A stretch of DNA of 57,759 nucleotides, from the IMG/VR virus record IMGVR_UViG_3300046011_007876, positions 1-57,759 of that record; one strand, written 5' to 3'. Positions 37,684 through 48,355 of this stretch are shown here, one piece after another (the first letter of the stretch is position 1; each line of letters begins with the position of its first letter). Made by a program: the position numbers and the translations under genes. Source of the stretch: a virus. Taxonomy: Duplodnaviria; Caudoviricetes. A model generated the notes under the pieces. It saw nothing but the letters and a program-made list of their open reading frames with translations, had not been told where the DNA came from and did not search any database.

Positions 37684-37884
37684 TTAATCCTCCTCAATAT
37701 TAAAATCATATTCGTCTTCATCTTTAATTTCATCCCAAACTAATTCTTTTTCTCCTTGATAGTCAAATTCATCATAAAATTTATCTTCATCTTCCTCAAA
37801 AAGTTTAGCTTCTTCATCTGTCAAATCTGCCGAGTATTTACAAATTGTTGTATATGACTCGTACCATACTAATTTTTTTCCCAT
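37684..37884 (-). CDS. Small acidic protein
   Basis: 66-aa D/E-rich ORF. Confidence 0.7.
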   Translation of the reverse strand: MGKKLVWYESYTTICKYSADLTDEEAKLFEEDEDKFYDEFDYQGEKELVWDEIKDEDEYDFNIEED

Positions 37885-37889
37885 AATTA

Positions 37890-38036
37890 TTAAATTAATT
37901 CTCTGTTATATAAGTTTACCAAAATAAGTCTTGCAAATTTAAAATCCTTTACTCTATTCAATTTTAAACCATATGCGTTTGCAATAACTTTAAGGTGTGG
38001 ATAAACCTCACTTATTGTCATTTTTCCAATTTCCAT
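37890..38036 (-). CDS. 48-aa hypothetical protein
   Basis: My translation: MEIGKMTISEVYPHLKVIANAYGLKLNRVKDFKFARLILVNLYNRELI; fills the gap exactly. Confidence 0.6.
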   Translation of the reverse strand: MEIGKMTISEVYPHLKVIANAYGLKLNRVKDFKFARLILVNLYNRELI

Positions 38037-38038
38037 AA

Positions 38039-38254
38039 TTAATCAATAAAAAGCTCAAAATCTTTATTTACGTGTCCACAACTATTACACATATATGTTG
38101 GAAATGGTACTAATGTATCTTCAGAACTTCCGGTTAAAAGTTTTGGGACTTTTTTAAGCATTGTTACTTCTTTAAAGAACTTTGATTTGCATAACTCACA
38201 TTTGACCGTGTCTTGTTGTTTTAGGTCAATTCTTGGTTTTAATATATCATCCAT
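38039..38254 (-). CDS. Zn-ribbon protein
   Basis: CELC...CNSCG. Confidence 0.75.
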   Translation of the reverse strand: MDDILKPRIDLKQQDTVKCELCKSKFFKEVTMLKKVPKLLTGSSEDTLVPFPTYMCNSCGHVNKDFELFID

Positions 38255-38277
38255 AATTTTTTTATTTAAAATATAGT

Positions 38278-39141
38278 TTATTTTTTAAGTTTTGTCAATT
38301 GTGATTTTATATCCATTTGAAGTATTGTGTCAATTGTATTTTTATCGACTCTATACTCAACAAATTCCCTATTTTCAGTTAATCTAACAATAATACAACC
38401 AAGTAATTTAATATCCTCATATTTGGTTCCTTCAAGCATTTTAATGAGTAACTTACCATAAAGTGGTAATTGTGTTTTGTAGTGTCCGAGTGCGTTATTT
38501 GGTAGGTACTGGAACGGTGGTCTCATTGGTTTTATATACTTTTGAACAATAAAGTTTTTTTCCTGGTTTGTTTTCCAGTCTGTTATTAAAATACCAATTT
38601 CACCTTTTGTACTTATTACTAACCAAACTTTATCCGGTTGACCGGTATAACCAAGTTCTGGGTGTCCTAACACAATCTCCGTATCAAGTAAAACACAACC
38701 TCTTTGTTTTAATAATTCAATGTAATTTTTACCAGCAACAATCATAGTGTCACTCACAACAAGTTGTTGCATATCACATTCAAATATTGGTTGTCTTACC
38801 TCTTTATCAATATTAAATTCTTTTAATACGTGTTCTTCTAAGAAATAGTGAACACGGGATCCCATATTTGTTGACCTAGTACCTTTTTCAGCCCATTCAG
38901 CTAATAGTCTTTCGGTTTCTTCCGGATTTCCACCAGACATCTCATATGCTTTTTTTTCAGTTGGGAATTCATCATAGAAAAGTTTCATAACCTTTGATAC
39001 AGATGGGAAATCGGTTTTCAACTTACCATCAAAATCCAACATTGTGTATTTATGAGCCTCTTCTTCAAATGTTAATTGTAGTTCTTCTCTTTTTTTATTT
39101 AAAATTTCTCTTATTTCTTCTGCTATTTTATATAAATCCAT
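38278..39141 (-). CDS. PD-(D/E)xK exonuclease (RecB/Cas4-like)
   Basis: FEEEAHKY, PSVS, GSRVH, GQPD, DWKT, QLPLY. Confidence 0.85.
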   Translation of the reverse strand: MDLYKIAEEIREILNKKREELQLTFEEEAHKYTMLDFDGKLKTDFPSVSKVMKLFYDEFPTEKKAYEMSGGNPEETERLLAEWAEKGTRSTNMGSRVHYFLEEHVLKEFNIDKEVRQPIFECDMQQLVVSDTMIVAGKNYIELLKQRGCVLLDTEIVLGHPELGYTGQPDKVWLVISTKGEIGILITDWKTNQEKNFIVQKYIKPMRPPFQYLPNNALGHYKTQLPLYGKLLIKMLEGTKYEDIKLLGCIIVRLTENREFVEYRVDKNTIDTILQMDIKSQLTKLKK

Positions 39142-40046
39142 TAGTCTCTTATTTCATAATAATAATCATTTATTTGACCTTTTAAGTCACAAACATCCCT
39201 ATCGTTTGGGAGTTTTACAATTTTTACTTTACCCCACAATTCACCACCATTTAATTCATGGTATAATCTTACGGCATTTTCCCAAGCATCACCATCAAGA
39301 CAAATGATAACATTACCCTTTGCTTTATTGTAGATTGTTTCAAAAAGAAGTTCCGACATATGTTTTCCGAGCATCACAACCGGATTATCCAAAAACATTC
39401 CATCAAAAACACCCTCAACCAAGTATATATCTTTATTCCAATCAATCAAATTTTCCCAGAATATGATTTTATCTTTTTCTGCTTCAGGATTACGGTATTT
39501 GGCTCTACTATTAATGTCCCAACTTCTCCCAACATAATAATTAAGTTTACCATTTTTATCATAAGATGGTATCACAATTCTTCCGGCGTGACTTCCCTTA
39601 TCACAAAATCCAATACCAAACCTTTCAATTATTTCATCAGTTATCCCACGACTTTTAAGGTAATTATACGCTTGTTTTCTAACTGGATATATTGGGTGTG
39701 AGTCTTTAAATAATGTAAAATTTTCTGGAAGAACTACTTTTGGTTTTTTTGTTTTTACAACTTTTTCTGTTTCATCCGGTCTTAAAATGTTGTATAGTTT
39801 TTTTTGTTTTTTGGTCCCAAATTTACCAAACAACTTTCCTAATGATCCGTGAGTTCCTTCACTATCACCACAAGCCCAACATTTATAAACGTCGTTGAAG
39901 TAATTTACCTCAAGATTATGTTTGTTTCTTTCTTCGTCACACACTGGACAATTAAATGAAATTTGACCACGATTTGGGTAATGTAATCCGTAATCACCTA
40001 AAACTTCTTCTAATAATTCAACTAATGCTTCTGTTGTATCTTCCAT
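39141..40046 (-). CDS. dnaG: DNA primase (Zn finger + TOPRIM)
   Basis: CPVC..CWAC, YLKSRGI, VEGVFD, LDGDA, DVCD. Confidence 0.9.
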   Translation of the reverse strand: MEDTTEALVELLEEVLGDYGLHYPNRGQISFNCPVCDEERNKHNLEVNYFNDVYKCWACGDSEGTHGSLGKLFGKFGTKKQKKLYNILRPDETEKVVKTKKPKVVLPENFTLFKDSHPIYPVRKQAYNYLKSRGITDEIIERFGIGFCDKGSHAGRIVIPSYDKNGKLNYYVGRSWDINSRAKYRNPEAEKDKIIFWENLIDWNKDIYLVEGVFDGMFLDNPVVMLGKHMSELLFETIYNKAKGNVIICLDGDAWENAVRLYHELNGGELWGKVKIVKLPNDRDVCDLKGQINDYYYEIRD

Positions 40047-40074
40047 TCAATATAATATAATTGAAAAATACCAT

Positions 40075-40599
40075 TTAATCAAATATTAATTTTTTACCGT
40101 TTCTTTTTGATTCATAAAAATCTGAAACATTAATATAATGTTTTAGAAATCTTTTATCTTCTATTTTATTTGCATCTATCGCAATATTTTCATCCTTGTG
40201 TTCACATTTTGAAACCATAATTGTTGACCAAATCCAAAGATTTTCATATAACCAGGTATTAACCATATAGTCATAATCCCAATTATACTTTTCACATTCT
40301 CTATGTACGTGTCTACCAATTTCAACAGTACCAATTACGTGATCGCCTAGTTTTTTATTTGTTTCTTTTGATTTTTTAGTTCTAATAGCAAGACTTAAAC
40401 CGGCTTGTGTTCCAATACCCATATAACCTAACCAACGATATGTATCTAATTTAAGGTCTGTTTCAGGTGTTTCTAAATCAATAGCTATTTTTAAATTAAT
40501 TAAATGTCGTTTAAAAAATTTTTGATATTTTTCTTTGTTTTCATCCCAATAGTGGTCTCTACGGTTTTTATTAAAATATTCCTTAACGTCTAATCCCAT
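40075..40599 (-). CDS. Hypothetical protein
   Basis: 174-aa ORF with its own TATATTTG element (40624-40631). Confidence 0.7.
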   Translation of the reverse strand: MGLDVKEYFNKNRRDHYWDENKEKYQKFFKRHLINLKIAIDLETPETDLKLDTYRWLGYMGIGTQAGLSLAIRTKKSKETNKKLGDHVIGTVEIGRHVHRECEKYNWDYDYMVNTWLYENLWIWSTIMVSKCEHKDENIAIDANKIEDKRFLKHYINVSDFYESKRNGKKLIFD

Positions 40600-40682
40600 A
40601 AAATTTAATTTTTAATAAAGTAACAAATATAAATAAAATAATCAACTTCACAAGTTTTTAATAATTTCTATATTTATTCTAT

Positions 40683-40904
40683 ATGCCAACAGATATTACA
40701 ATTTCATCATTAAATGGTTCTTCACCTTTTGATGTTTATGTGTGTGACACCGGAATGACAACTTGTATTTATGTTAATACAATTAATAGTGGTGATGTAC
40801 CATATGTTTTTGAAATACCTTCTGTTTTTTCGACATTAAATAATTTTACGGTAAAGGTTGTTGATGATAACGACTGTATTGTAACATCAAATTTAGTAGT
40901 ATAA
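40683..40904 (+). CDS. Small Cys-containing beta protein (paralog of 48127-48354), probably virion
   Basis: PFDVYVCD....CIYVNTIN; TATTTAT at 40671-40677. Confidence 0.75.
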   Translation: MPTDITISSLNGSSPFDVYVCDTGMTTCIYVNTINSGDVPYVFEIPSVFSTLNNFTVKVVDDNDCIVTSNLVV

Positions 40905-41959
40905 TGCCTTGTAGTAGTGTATATTGTATAAGTGGGACTGTGACGTATGATGGAAATTATGGTATCGCCCCAACCACACATAATGGTTATGATTACTTTA
41001 CTGGTGATACATTACCAACATATTATATTTTTTCATCGATTACATCTAACTCTTGGTGTTTATCAACCGTATTAGACGGTCCTTGTTTATTGTTTGGTAA
41101 ATCACCTTGTTTAAGTTCTTGTCCAGATTTATGTGACGATTTTTTTGGTACCGGTCCTTGTCTTACACCAACCCCAACACCAACATCAGTTTGTGATATA
41201 GATTTTGATGCAATTTTTGATTGTGCGGTAACACCAACTCCAACACCAACACCAAGTGTTACACCAACAGTGACTCCAACACCAACACCAAGTCAGACAA
41301 ACCCTTGTGGTGGTGTTAGTATGGTTGTTAGTGCAATATCAATATCACCAACACCTACACCAACATTAAGTTTAACACCGACTCCAACACCTGAGATTAC
41401 AAGACCTTGTAATTTTACTGGTATTGTAAAATTTAACACTATTGATGATTTCTTGAGATGTGCAACATCAAAAAAATTCAGAGATTGTTCAAATGGATTT
41501 TTATTTCACACTAGTGGTGTTGTTTTGGACCCAATTGGTAATTTACCAACTGTCGGTGTTGTATATAGAACAAATATTAATGGTGATTCGGTTTGTGTTG
41601 TTTATGATGGTACTGTTGAAAATATAAGTGGTGCCGACGATGTAACTCTTTTAGAAACAATTGGTTCAGAATCAACCGGTTCTTGTTCTATTTGTGTACC
41701 AATTCCAAGTCAAACACCAACTCCAACACCAACAAACACACCAACTCCAACACCAACACCAAGTCCGCTAACTTGTTTTGAGTGTTTGGTAACAAATAAC
41801 GATCCTTTTGGTGATTATACTTTTGACTATAAAAATTGTAGTGGTGAATTTCAAAGTGTTTTAATAAATGCTCAAGGTTCAGAAACAATTTGTTGTTCTG
41901 AAATACCTTCATCAACATCAACATTTACAGTAACCCAAATTGGTAATTGTTTATTATAA
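40904..41959 (+). CDS. Cys-rich protein with four (PT)n tracts, probable virion fibre/decoration
   Basis: Repeated TPTPTPTPS linkers between Cys-rich modules. Confidence 0.75.
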   Translation: MPCSSVYCISGTVTYDGNYGIAPTTHNGYDYFTGDTLPTYYIFSSITSNSWCLSTVLDGPCLLFGKSPCLSSCPDLCDDFFGTGPCLTPTPTPTSVCDIDFDAIFDCAVTPTPTPTPSVTPTVTPTPTPSQTNPCGGVSMVVSAISISPTPTPTLSLTPTPTPEITRPCNFTGIVKFNTIDDFLRCATSKKFRDCSNGFLFHTSGVVLDPIGNLPTVGVVYRTNINGDSVCVVYDGTVENISGADDVTLLETIGSESTGSCSICVPIPSQTPTPTPTNTPTPTPTPSPLTCFECLVTNNDPFGDYTFDYKNCSGEFQSVLINAQGSETICCSEIPSSTSTFTVTQIGNCLL

Positions 41960-41988
41960 AAAAATATCGTCTAAAAAGACGATATTTC
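41958..41988. terminator. Terminator-like hairpin between convergent genes
   Basis: AAATATCGTCT aaaa AGACGATATTT. Confidence 0.6.
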
Positions 41989-42012
41989 AAATTATCGGTT
42001 ATTTAAACGATA

Positions 42013-42618
42013 TTATTTCCAAATTTGATTTAATCTCATATAACCTAACACACAAGTGTAAGCATCAGTTTGATCAAAATTTTCCTTTTTTAATGTGTTA
42101 TTTCTTGTGTAGTGCCAAGTAATTTGTGGTTCTCTTTTCGCAACTCTTTCCCAAATTAACATTTTTTTATCAACGTCTTTTGGTAGTCCACCAAATAAAA
42201 CAAATTTTTTCTTATCATTTTCTTGTACTAAATCTGGCCAAGCTGATTTTCTCGCGTTATAGGTTGATATGAACTCTGGTACAATTCCTAAAATATTATA
42301 AATTTCTTTAAAAACAAAACTATTAAACCTTAATAATGTTTGTATTGTATAGACATTATTTGAATTTAATAGTGGTTCCTCAATAATAACTTTAACAATC
42401 CCAAGATTAACATATTGTTTTAGTTTTTCTGCAAAGATTTCAGATTTTAATAAAAGTTCTTTTAGTTTATCATCATCTTTAACCATTTTTGGTCTTGGTG
42501 AAATATGTGTTAGTTCTAATAGTTCTTCTTTTTGTATATCAAATAATGACCAACCAATTGTTTTTGTTGATATGTCTAATCCAAGGACCTTTGGTGTATT
42601 TTTAATAGTTTTTGTCAT
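42013..42618 (-). CDS. ruvC: RuvC-like Holliday junction resolvase
   Basis: VLGLDISTKTIGW, VIIEEP, DQTDA. Confidence 0.75.
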   Translation of the reverse strand: MTKTIKNTPKVLGLDISTKTIGWSLFDIQKEELLELTHISPRPKMVKDDDKLKELLLKSEIFAEKLKQYVNLGIVKVIIEEPLLNSNNVYTIQTLLRFNSFVFKEIYNILGIVPEFISTYNARKSAWPDLVQENDKKKFVLFGGLPKDVDKKMLIWERVAKREPQITWHYTRNNTLKKENFDQTDAYTCVLGYMRLNQIWK

Positions 42619-42668
42619 AAAAAATTAAGTTTAATTTAATATTAACATAAAAGAAAATAAAATGAATG

Positions 42669-45443
42669 TTAGAAGTCTAATTTAACAACAAACTGCTGAA
42701 TACCTTGTCTTAAAACTGGTGATTGTAACTTTGACATAACCATAATATCTTTATTATCATCAAGTAATGCAATTTCAGTAATATAAGACTTATTTCCTTT
42801 AGTCCAAGTTGGATTTGATGTGTTTTGGAATTCAGTAAAATTCAAATTAACTTTATAGTTCATTTCATAAATTGTTGCCTGAATATCTGTTTCAATTCCT
42901 CCATAGAAATAGTACTCGTCACCAAAATTTAAATCAGGACTTGTATTACCAATTGGTGTTAAATTAATATAATTGTTTAAATTATATGATGGTGCATTAT
43001 CATAAAGTTCTTTTGTAACAACAAATGTTGTTCCGGTAAGCGCTGCTTCAGTTATGTAACCATTTATTGTTTCACCACTTATTAAGTTTGTAAAATCAAT
43101 TACTTTCCATTTTGATGAATCTGGTCTTTGTCCTGTTGTTACTTTCTGAACAAGAATTTCTAGGTTTGTCGCATAAAACCCATTTGGCACATCGCAAATA
43201 ACTGGACATAAAGTTGTTGTTGTAGTTGTTGCATTTATTTTTAAAGGATAATAAACTGTTTCTTGTAAGTAAGGAATATCATTTGTTGACAACAATGTTG
43301 ATTCATTACACCAAATTAAACCGTTACCATCTTCTGTTGATATAATATTTAAATTTTCAGTTAAAATAAAACAAGTTTCTGATGGTGGTAACGTAGTTGT
43401 TGTTGTTGTTGGGTTAAATGTTGTTGTTGTTGTAGTTGGTATTGGTCCAGGTTGTATTAAACATTTAAATTCTGGTCCAAATCTAACCGCAACATTTTTA
43501 GATGTATCTGGATTACAATCATTATTATTACCAGATATTTTAGAGTAGTAATTTGAATGTAGTGAATTTGTAAACTCACCTTTGTTTGTTAGTCTATATG
43601 TAACAAACATAGTCTCATTTGATCCGGTAAGTACACCATCTATCGTTGTTGTTGCCACACCACAAGTATTTGGTGTAATTAACGATATTTGTGGTGCAGT
43701 CAATGTCCAGTTTCTATTTGACTTATACGACATTGCTGCAATAATTTCTTCATCATCAATAATTATTAATTTACTATCAGGAAATACTTTACCAATTCTA
43801 CTTGGTATTCCATTTGTATTTGCATGTGTGTCCCAAAGATGATAATATCTAATACCAGGTTGATTCATACCATCATTCTTTTTTGACTGAATATAATGTA
43901 CATCAAACAGATTAAGTCCTTCAAAATTTGGTGGGTCAACCCAGAATGTTTCACCAAAACAACACTCAGGATTCTTATGCCACATTAACCAAGGTATGTG
44001 TAATTTAAAGTTTCTTGCTTGTCCAGTTGTGTCCTGTGGATTTGATGGATTATATGGTTGTAATGCAAATTTTTCACCATAGAAAAAATCAATAGTTTGA
44101 TTTGTATAATGAATAATTGCAATTGCTTTTTGTTCTTCAGGTTTAACCTCAACTATTTCATCAAAAGAATTATAATAATAAACATAATTTGTATCAGTTT
44201 GTCCAGAACTTGAGTTATAACCAAAATATTCTTTTGTTCCAATATAATCAATTGATCCAAATTTATCATAACCTTCATATGTTGTTGGTCTTAGTCCAGC
44301 AGGATTTTCAGTCCAAGGAATATTCATATTCCAAACTTTAACATCAAATTGATCAATATCACAAACTGATTCAAAATTAATAACATCATCAGACCAATGT
44401 GGTCTTGGGGTAATACTATCATATAGTGTTGTCATATTTGGTGGATATACAATAGCTCTTGCATAACAATCAAATAATAAATTACTATAATTTGGCGTAC
44501 TTCTATCTAATGTAATTTCATTTTCACAAACAGCAACAATTTTATATGTTAATATTGGATAACAAGAATACATATTCATTTCACATGTCGCGTCCGGTAA
44601 TGGTGGACACGCTCTGCTTGGGGTTGGTGTTAAACAAGGTGTTGTAGATGGTGTCGGTGTTGGGGTTGGTGAAGCGCAAGGGTCAAAATTTGGTGTAACA
44701 CTTGGTGTTGGTGTTGGGGTTGACGAAGGTAATGGTGTACTATCACAATCGTCCCAAACTAAGAAAACATCGTCTTCTGTTAACACAAACTCATCAAGTT
44801 CTGTCATTATAATACAAGTTTCAATAACTGGTAAAGTAGAGGATGGTGTTGGGGTTGGGGTTGGTTGTGGTGGGTAATTAGAACAATTACAATTTGATTG
44901 GCCTTTACCATCATAATAAATCGTAATAATATCACCAACCGATGGTTCATTTACATTGTAAATGTCACAAGCATCATATATTAATTTTATTTTATTTGTT
45001 CCAACTAATGTTGACATATCAACAATAAAATTTGCTGTTGTAACATACTTTTTATTTGTTAATACTTTCCAATCAACTGTTGTTGCGGTTGTAATACCCC
45101 CAAAAAAACCTCTTAATGGTGCACGGTTAAATACCGGTTCAACAACAGAGTCCATAAATGGAATACCGTAAGTATTTCCAGAATCTCCATCAACGTAATA
45201 TGGATATTTTACACTTTGTCTATTTGATTGTGGAACACCAGATGAATTTTGGGTGTTGAATGGTGGTTCTAGAACAAAACTATTTGGTTGATTATATCCA
45301 TTTGGTGTTTTATCATATGAAACTTCACTATCACCAACCTGGAAATATGATATTTTAAAATTACCTTGTGATAATTTTTGTCTTCCTGTGTCAGTAACTC
45401 TTGTATTTACTAAACCTGATGTATTTTTAAGTATATAGCTCAT
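42669..45443 (-). CDS. Large virion (baseplate/tail fibre-associated) protein with PT/T tracts
   Basis: N-terminal TRVTDTGRQKL..G.FKISYFQVGDSE and C-terminal YITEIALLD...SKLQSPV resemble tail-collar proteins; mucin-like inserts. Confidence 0.65.
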   Translation of the reverse strand: MSYILKNTSGLVNTRVTDTGRQKLSQGNFKISYFQVGDSEVSYDKTPNGYNQPNSFVLEPPFNTQNSSGVPQSNRQSVKYPYYVDGDSGNTYGIPFMDSVVEPVFNRAPLRGFFGGITTATTVDWKVLTNKKYVTTANFIVDMSTLVGTNKIKLIYDACDIYNVNEPSVGDIITIYYDGKGQSNCNCSNYPPQPTPTPTPSSTLPVIETCIIMTELDEFVLTEDDVFLVWDDCDSTPLPSSTPTPTPSVTPNFDPCASPTPTPTPSTTPCLTPTPSRACPPLPDATCEMNMYSCYPILTYKIVAVCENEITLDRSTPNYSNLLFDCYARAIVYPPNMTTLYDSITPRPHWSDDVINFESVCDIDQFDVKVWNMNIPWTENPAGLRPTTYEGYDKFGSIDYIGTKEYFGYNSSSGQTDTNYVYYYNSFDEIVEVKPEEQKAIAIIHYTNQTIDFFYGEKFALQPYNPSNPQDTTGQARNFKLHIPWLMWHKNPECCFGETFWVDPPNFEGLNLFDVHYIQSKKNDGMNQPGIRYYHLWDTHANTNGIPSRIGKVFPDSKLIIIDDEEIIAAMSYKSNRNWTLTAPQISLITPNTCGVATTTIDGVLTGSNETMFVTYRLTNKGEFTNSLHSNYYSKISGNNNDCNPDTSKNVAVRFGPEFKCLIQPGPIPTTTTTTFNPTTTTTTLPPSETCFILTENLNIISTEDGNGLIWCNESTLLSTNDIPYLQETVYYPLKINATTTTTTLCPVICDVPNGFYATNLEILVQKVTTGQRPDSSKWKVIDFTNLISGETINGYITEAALTGTTFVVTKELYDNAPSYNLNNYINLTPIGNTSPDLNFGDEYYFYGGIETDIQATIYEMNYKVNLNFTEFQNTSNPTWTKGNKSYITEIALLDDNKDIMVMSKLQSPVLRQGIQQFVVKLDF

Positions 45444-45476
45444 TTATAAATAAATATTCATATTACAATTTTATTA

Positions 45477-47084
45477 TTATATTCTACTATTAACAACTCC
45501 AACTTCTGCCGTTTGTTGTACTAAATAATCACAACACTCACAACCGTTTATTGATACATTATTCAATGAAATTGAATAATTTCTTGCTACCGAATAACAA
45601 GTTGGTAATGGTAAAATTGGTGTTATTAAATTATCTATTGTACCATTTAATGTTGATGAAGTTGACATTGTGATATTACCCCAAGTTTTAGTTGTATTTG
45701 TTGTATAAAAACTACCACCATTACAAACATTAAAGGATGTTGAATTTGTAATAACTGGTGTTGAGGGTAATATTGGTCCGCCATTTAATAATACATTTAA
45801 TCCGCCGTTATATGTTGCCGAAGTTGGGTTTGGTGCTACAGTAAATGTGCTCTGATAAACTAAATCAAAATTTATTGTTACTCCAGCAGGTAATGTTGGT
45901 GATATTGTAACATTAAATGTGTTACTAGTTCTATTTAGTGTTATTGTATATATTGTACTTGTGACTGTTGATGTTAAAGTAACTATTTGTGATTGTGTAT
46001 TATTTACAGAATCTTTAACTTTTATTACATAGCTACCAGCCGACAAATTATTAAATATTGGGTTTGTTTGGTAAGATATTCCAGTATTTTTTGAATATTC
46101 ATAAGGTGGTATTCCACCTATAGCTTGCACAACTATTGATCCGTTATTGGTACAAGTTGGTTCGTTTTTATTTACTGAAATAAATAATTGTGGTATTGAT
46201 GAACAACTACCCTCAACAACATTTACTTCAGCATTAATACCAAGTACATTCCAACCAACTAGTGGTGGTGAAACTGGATTGGGATTATAAATAGTATAAC
46301 TTGTTGTTCCAGAAACAAGCCATTCTTGTGTTGTTCCAGTATTCCAGTATATTAACTCATCACCACTACTTGATAACCAAGATGGTTTACCATTTAAAAT
46401 ACCATCATATATAAAATCAATTTGTATAACTTGTGGTAATTTACTATTATATATTTCTACAATCATACATAAATCCAAATATGAAGGTACTGGCGTTGTT
46501 GAAGTTGTGGTTGTGGTTGTCGATGGTGTTTCAGCTGTTAATACACAAGTTGACGTTAATAAGAAATCCCCATATGTATCTGTTACTGTTGCAGTGTATT
46601 CACCAACACCAAGATTTGATATTGTCGTTCCAACACTTCCATTGTTCCATAATATTTCATAAGGTGGTGTTCCACCAGTTATTACTAATGATACAACACC
46701 GTCAAATGTATTCGTAAAAGAGGGATCAATAGACTGACACTCAACACCCATTGGAAATATAGTAATTACATCACATTCATTAGTCGGTTCAACCGGTGTT
46801 GGTTGTACTGGGTTAAACGTTGTTGTTGTGGTTGTTACTGGAAAATATGTTGTGGTTGTAGTTGTTAGTGCGAGACAAATGCTATCCACACATCCACCAA
46901 GTAATGTTGTACTTGTAGGTAATCTAGTAGCACCATTAAAACTACTAATATCATTTGTACAAAAATTATAAATATTTCCAAAAGTAATTGGTATAAATTG
47001 TGTGATGTTATCACAATCAGTATATGATGCTAAACCAGTTACTTCAGCAGTAAATTCATAACAATTACAAGTAGAACTTCCCAT
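45477..47084 (-). CDS. SprB-repeat virion protein with poly-Thr tracts
   Basis: GGTPPYEILWNNG...LGVGEYTATVTD; GGIPPYEYS...LSAGSYVIKVKD. Confidence 0.75.
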   Translation of the reverse strand: MGSSTCNCYEFTAEVTGLASYTDCDNITQFIPITFGNIYNFCTNDISSFNGATRLPTSTTLLGGCVDSICLALTTTTTTYFPVTTTTTTFNPVQPTPVEPTNECDVITIFPMGVECQSIDPSFTNTFDGVVSLVITGGTPPYEILWNNGSVGTTISNLGVGEYTATVTDTYGDFLLTSTCVLTAETPSTTTTTTSTTPVPSYLDLCMIVEIYNSKLPQVIQIDFIYDGILNGKPSWLSSSGDELIYWNTGTTQEWLVSGTTSYTIYNPNPVSPPLVGWNVLGINAEVNVVEGSCSSIPQLFISVNKNEPTCTNNGSIVVQAIGGIPPYEYSKNTGISYQTNPIFNNLSAGSYVIKVKDSVNNTQSQIVTLTSTVTSTIYTITLNRTSNTFNVTISPTLPAGVTINFDLVYQSTFTVAPNPTSATYNGGLNVLLNGGPILPSTPVITNSTSFNVCNGGSFYTTNTTKTWGNITMSTSSTLNGTIDNLITPILPLPTCYSVARNYSISLNNVSINGCECCDYLVQQTAEVGVVNSRI

Positions 47085-47096
47085 ATTAATAAATAA

Positions 47097-48074
47097 TCAT
47101 TTATTTGTTTTTTCAACAAATGATTTTATAACTTCAACATATTTTATTGTAGAACTTTTATTATCCACATAATCAAAATAATTATTATCTTCAATTATTT
47201 TTTGGATTGGGTCTACATTTATAAACTCACCCTTGTAAAATTTTGTCGTTTTTAAATCGTCAGTTACCCCAGCCATATGTAGTATTGGTTTTTTTTCGTA
47301 TATATCAATACTATCTGTTGCCCAAGAAAAATCTAATTCTTTTGTTATTTTAGTTTTATAACCACTTAACCATAAATTCCAAAGTAATGACCACATTTCT
47401 GCTGTCCAAAATTGTATTTGTCCTGGATTTATTGGGAATCTTTTTTGGTAATTTAACATTTGTCTATATAATGGTGTTGAGTCTTCATATATTTTTTCCC
47501 ACAATTTATAATTTGTATTTTTAATAATATATTGACCTCCACCGGAATTTTCTTGATTTTCTTTTATTTTTTCAACATTAATTCCAATAACATCGGCCAT
47601 TTCTTTTAATAATTGACCTTTTTCAGATGTTGGGTGTTGTTTTTCATACCTATTACAACAATCGATAATGTATTTATAACCGATATAACCTATTGTGTCC
47701 GACAAATAACAAACATCATCATTTAATAGTTCTTCAAATTTTGGTAATGTTCTAAATATAATATCAGCATCGTGAAGGAAAAAACATTTACCATTTTCTG
47801 GAAATTCTTCTAACCATTTTGAAATTAAATACGGTTTTATACTTGGTATATAACTTTTAATTTTTCTTTCATCTTTATACGTATGTACATTAATTCCATA
47901 ATTTTTTAACTCTATGGCACCTTCTGAAAGATTATTATTATTTATCGTTGAAAATATTGTATGGATTTTTTTTGGGTCAATTCCTTTTTCAATAAAGTTA
48001 TGAATATATAGTTTTGTTTGCCAATGAAAATAAGGAACATCTGGATGTGCTGTAACAAATATAATATCATTCAT
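47097..48074 (-). CDS. GT-A glycosyltransferase resembling plant peptidyl O-glycosyltransferases (HPAT GT95 / SGT1 GT96)
   Basis: YFHWQ, YIPSIKPYLISKWL, LHDADIIF (DxD), GGGQYII, WTAEMW, ILHMAG. Confidence 0.7.
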   Translation of the reverse strand: MNDIIFVTAHPDVPYFHWQTKLYIHNFIEKGIDPKKIHTIFSTINNNNLSEGAIELKNYGINVHTYKDERKIKSYIPSIKPYLISKWLEEFPENGKCFFLHDADIIFRTLPKFEELLNDDVCYLSDTIGYIGYKYIIDCCNRYEKQHPTSEKGQLLKEMADVIGINVEKIKENQENSGGGQYIIKNTNYKLWEKIYEDSTPLYRQMLNYQKRFPINPGQIQFWTAEMWSLLWNLWLSGYKTKITKELDFSWATDSIDIYEKKPILHMAGVTDDLKTTKFYKGEFINVDPIQKIIEDNNYFDYVDNKSSTIKYVEVIKSFVEKTNK

Positions 48075-48126
48075 ATATTAAAATATATAAAACAAAATTC
48101 TTTATTAAACATTTGATTTATTTTAA

Positions 48127-48354
48127 TTAACTACAATATACTAATTCTTGGTAATCGCAGTTTATACAGTTTGATAATCGTATAACGACAGATGGATATG
48201 TATGAAATATTGGTGGTAATGGAATTATGATTGTTGGTGGTATGTTTGTATTTACCGTTGAAACTAAAATACAATTATTACCATAAGCATCACAACAATA
48301 AACATCAAATGGTGTTGACATTCCAGTAAGACCGGTTAACTCTATTTCTGTCAT
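48127..48354 (-). CDS. Small Cys-rich beta protein (paralog of 40683-40904)
   Basis: PFDVYCCD....CILVSTVN. Confidence 0.75.
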   Translation of the reverse strand: MTEIELTGLTGMSTPFDVYCCDAYGNNCILVSTVNTNIPPTIIIPLPPIFHTYPSVVIRLSNCINCDYQELVYCS

Positions 48355-48355
48355 A

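Noticed and set aside
38278-39141. Cas4 as part of a CRISPR system
   Set aside because: No Fe-S cysteine cluster, no array and no other cas genes; the context is replication.
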